A stretch of 20,000 nt of DNA, taken from an uncultured Gemmatimonadota bacterium. GTDB lineage: Bacteria; GCA-2686955. Each line of letters starts with the position of its first letter. Positions within the stretch are counted from its first letter, which is position 1. Location of the stretch: the NCBI GenBank assembly GCA_964490075.1, contig CAZBBK010000006.1:111000-130999 (forward strand), given 5' to 3'. Below the pieces are notes generated by a model that worked only from the letters and a program-made list of their open reading frames with translations, did no database searches and had not been told where the DNA came from. Both the position numbers and the translations under genes were made by a program. Positions 17,448 through 20,000 of the stretch are shown here, piece by piece.

Positions 17448-18707
17448 GTGAGAAACAAACGAGCCGCCCTGCGCGCAGCGGGCGCCGGCGCCATCGCCGC
17501 CGGAATGCTGCTGTCTCCGACCTCCGCTCTGGCCGACAGCGACGAGCGCGAAGTGGTCGATTCACCGACCTACTATCCCTGGTACTCGATCTGCAAAGTG
17601 AAGCTCGGTGCCAAAGGCAAGGGCCGCGGCAGCGGTGTGTTGGTCGCGCCCTGCACCATTCTGACCAACGGCCACGTGGTCTACAAACGCAAGTCGGACG
17701 ACTGGCGCGAGATCTACTCCATTCATCCCGGCAGCTACTACGACGAGGATATCTGGGAGTCGGTCGATCCCTTCGGCAGCAAGCCGGACCACGACCTGGC
17801 CACCAACACCAGCTACGTCAGCACCGGCTGGACCCGCTACGACTACGGTGCGATCTTCCTGGCGTCATCCTTCGAAGACATGGGACTCGACACCTACATT
17901 CCCGTGGTCTTCGAGTACGAAGCCAGCTACATCAACATGGCCGGCTACCCGAGCGAAGACCTGCCTCGGTCGCGCACCGGCGCCGCCCGGGAGCAATGGC
18001 ACGCCTTCGGCGACGTCAAGACCAACTACTCGCGTACCGTACGCTACGAGGCGACCTCGACCGGCGGCGCCAGCGGTGGTGGGGTCTGGGTCTACAACGG
18101 CTCGACTGGCGCGCGCAAGCTGATCGCGGTGAATCAGGGTCACCACAACTCCGACAACGACGGCACCGGCGTACGTTTCGTCTCGCAGAACGAAGACCTG
18201 ATTCGCGGCTGGATGGAAGAGGATTGCGGCGCGGCGATGAGCCGCTTCAGCGGCCACCTCTCCTTCGCCGAGCTGCTGGCCGGTCGAGAGACGCTGCGCG
18301 GCGAGGCGATCGATGTCCTGCCCCCCGAGCGCTTCGGCATCGTCGATGCGCCGCGGAACCTGCTCTCGCATGAGCCGACGATGAAGGTGATGCAGTGGAT
18401 CGAGGGCCAATTCTACGTCTGGGAGGAGTATCACCTCGCCACCAGCGACACCAAGGACGGCGCCGCGGGCGAGGGCCGGTTCGAGCCGCCCGCGCCGCGC
18501 GTGGTGCGCCTGCTGGAGCCGGAGACTCGCATCCTGGACCGTGACGAGGCCGCCACACTCTTGAGCGCCTCGATGCTCTGGATGTTCCCCGCCGAGCCGA
18601 GCGCGCCGCAAGCCTACTACGAGGTCGATCCCGAGTTCGTGGCGAGCCCGGGACCCGCCACCAGCAATCATCCGTCGCGAGCGCCGGAGGTGGAGATCCG
18701 ACCGTAA
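17448..18707 (+). CDS. Secreted trypsin-like serine protease (V8/glutamyl-endopeptidase-like) with C-terminal extension
   Basis: AGGAG RBS and signal peptide ending in ALA. Motifs GSGVLVAPCTILTNGHVVY (His), YDYGAI (Asp), AGYP, TGGASGGGV (Ser). Confidence 0.9.
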   Translation: MRNKRAALRAAGAGAIAAGMLLSPTSALADSDEREVVDSPTYYPWYSICKVKLGAKGKGRGSGVLVAPCTILTNGHVVYKRKSDDWREIYSIHPGSYYDEDIWESVDPFGSKPDHDLATNTSYVSTGWTRYDYGAIFLASSFEDMGLDTYIPVVFEYEASYINMAGYPSEDLPRSRTGAAREQWHAFGDVKTNYSRTVRYEATSTGGASGGGVWVYNGSTGARKLIAVNQGHHNSDNDGTGVRFVSQNEDLIRGWMEEDCGAAMSRFSGHLSFAELLAGRETLRGEAIDVLPPERFGIVDAPRNLLSHEPTMKVMQWIEGQFYVWEEYHLATSDTKDGAAGEGRFEPPAPRVVRLLEPETRILDRDEAATLLSASMLWMFPAEPSAPQAYYEVDPEFVASPGPATSNHPSRAPEVEIRP

Positions 18708-18722
18708 ATCGCTACGACCATA

Positions 18723-18752
18723 TTGACAGCGCTCGGGCGCTGAGGTGATCAT
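18723..18752 (+). promoter_or_regulatory. Candidate sigma70 promoter for the downstream beta-helix gene
   Basis: TTGACA (18723-18728), an 18-bp spacer, then GATCAT. A GGAGGG RBS and ATG 18782 follow. Confidence 0.35.
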
Positions 18753-18781
18753 CGGACCACACACGAACTGGAGGGATCCGC

Positions 18782-20000
18782 ATGATCTGGTTCGACCGTC
18801 CCGAGCGCTTTCATTTCCCGCGCCGCCGGGTGGCGGCTTCGGTCTTGCTCTCCTCGATCGGAGCAGCCTCGGCCCTCACGATCCACGTTCCGGGCGACTT
18901 CACCGATCCCCAGGATGCGATCGACGCCGCGGCACGGGGCGACACGGTGCTGGTGCAGCCCGGCACCTATCCCGTGCGGCGCCTCGACTTCCACGGCACC
19001 GAGCTGGTGCTGCGCGGCACCGCGCCCGAGGATCCGGCGGTGGTGGCGGCCACGGTGCTCGATGGCGGCCTGGAAGACTGCGTGCTCTACCTGCACTCGG
19101 GCGAGGGGCGTGCCGCCGAGGTGGAAGGGCTGACCCTGGCGCGGGGGCGCGGGAACGACGATCTGGACTTGGCCGGTGGCGTGACGGTGCAGGGAGAAGG
19201 GACCGAGCCGCACTTCGAGCGGTGTGTGGTCGCGGAGTGCGCCAACGAGCGCTACTCCCGCAGGGCGAAAGCCGCGGGGGTGCATTGTGACCACCGTGCC
19301 GCGCCGACCTTCGTGCGCTGCATCGTCCGCGACAACGTAGGCGTGCGCGCCACGGCCTTGAGCGCCGAAGACGGCAGCGCCCCGACCTTCGACCACACCT
19401 TCGTCTTCGGCAATTCCAGCAGTTGGACAGAGGCGGTCCTGCGTTGTGAGGATGCCGCGCCCTTCTTCATCGGCTGCACGATTCGCCGCAACCGCAGCAC
19501 CAGTTTCGATAACGGAAGCGTGATCGTCGTGGATGGCGATGAATCGAATGCACGTTTCCTCAACTGCGTCATCTGGGGCAACGTGAAGCGCTCGATCTCG
19601 GCCGAGTCCAGCGGGCTCGAAATCCACTACAGCGACATCAAAGGCGGCTGGGACGGCGAAGGCAACATCGAGGAAGATCCACTCTTCTGCGACCCGATCT
19701 GCCCGGACCCGAGCGCCGACCTGGCCTTCGGCTCGCCTTGCCTCGGAGCGGGCCTGGGCGGCGTCGACATGGGTAGCGGGGCGGCCGCCTGCACGCAGCC
19801 GAACCCGGCGATCGGCGTCGTTCGTCGTGTTCCTTTCGAGCATCCGACGGTCCAATCGGCGATCGACGCCGCCTGCGATGGCGACACCATCACGATCGGC
19901 CCGGGCCGCCACGTCGGCGGAGTCGACCTCAGGGTCGGCGAAGAGACAACTCCCGTGTTTGCATCCCATCTGCACCGCGTCTCCGGCCGATCGGCGAGCC
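18782..20000 (+). CDS. Secreted multi-module beta-helix protein, open to the window end (absent from the ORF track because it has no stop)
   Basis: Frame 2: MIWFDRPERFHFPRRRVAASVLLSSIGAASA|LTIHVPGDFTDPQDAIDAAARGDTVLVQPGTY...NCVIWGN...YSDIKGGWDGEGNIEEDPLFCD...SPCLGAG. A second module begins RRVPFEHPTVQSAIDAACDGDTITIGPG. Confidence 0.9.
   Translation, partial: MIWFDRPERFHFPRRRVAASVLLSSIGAASALTIHVPGDFTDPQDAIDAAARGDTVLVQPGTYPVRRLDFHGTELVLRGTAPEDPAVVAATVLDGGLEDCVLYLHSGEGRAAEVEGLTLARGRGNDDLDLAGGVTVQGEGTEPHFERCVVAECANERYSRRAKAAGVHCDHRAAPTFVRCIVRDNVGVRATALSAEDGSAPTFDHTFVFGNSSSWTEAVLRCEDAAPFFIGCTIRRNRSTSFDNGSVIVVDGDESNARFLNCVIWGNVKRSISAESSGLEIHYSDIKGGWDGEGNIEEDPLFCDPICPDPSADLAFGSPCLGAGLGGVDMGSGAAACTQPNPAIGVVRRVPFEHPTVQSAIDAACDGDTITIGPGRHVGGVDLRVGEETTPVFASHLHRVSGRSAS
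19298..19761 (+). repeat. 464-bp direct repeat, copy B (inside the intact beta-helix gene)
   Basis: Matches 16174-16637 without gaps. Confidence 0.95.

Noticed and set aside
16234..18373. ORFs 16234-16956 and 16664-18373 as intact genes
   Set aside because: Only their first parts are beta-helix-like. The rest is out-of-frame read-through, partly over the protease gene.
16174..19761. Diversity-generating retroelement TR/VR pair
   Set aside because: Only about half of the 40 mismatches involve A, and these are split between both copies. Many are C/T. The repeat is much longer than a typical TR, and there is no reverse transcriptase in the window.

Overview
Very GC-rich bacterial DNA of unknown taxon. 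It is probably a long-read assembly, since two one-G-short homopolymer frameshifts sit at the 5' end. Left to right: (1) a multi-module secreted beta-helix (pectin-lyase-fold) gene whose start lies upstream of the window. (2) A translationally coupled minus-strand operon: tandem-domain GT2 glycosyltransferase, DUF4922-like HxHxQ HIT-family enzyme, and a SpoIID/LytB protein with no signal peptide. (3) A ~770-bp intergenic region rich in palindromes, including a 58-bp-arm inverted-repeat element that supplies the stop codon of the next gene. (4) A SNF2 helicase with two SWIM zinc fingers and a HEPN-like tail, then a VOC protein and a divergent radical SAM/SPASM gene. (5) A plus-strand run of mostly exported proteins: an S8 subtilase with Glu at the catalytic-Asp position, an FG-GAP propeller with a CxxCH motif, an aromatic-rich pilin, a hypothetical protein, a four-piece beta-helix pseudogene, a trypsin-like protease, and a beta-helix gene running off the window. 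The pseudogene's first 464 bp are a ~91%-identical copy of part of that last gene, with mostly non-synonymous, clustered differences. No rRNA, tRNA, CRISPR array, transposase or reverse transcriptase was seen.
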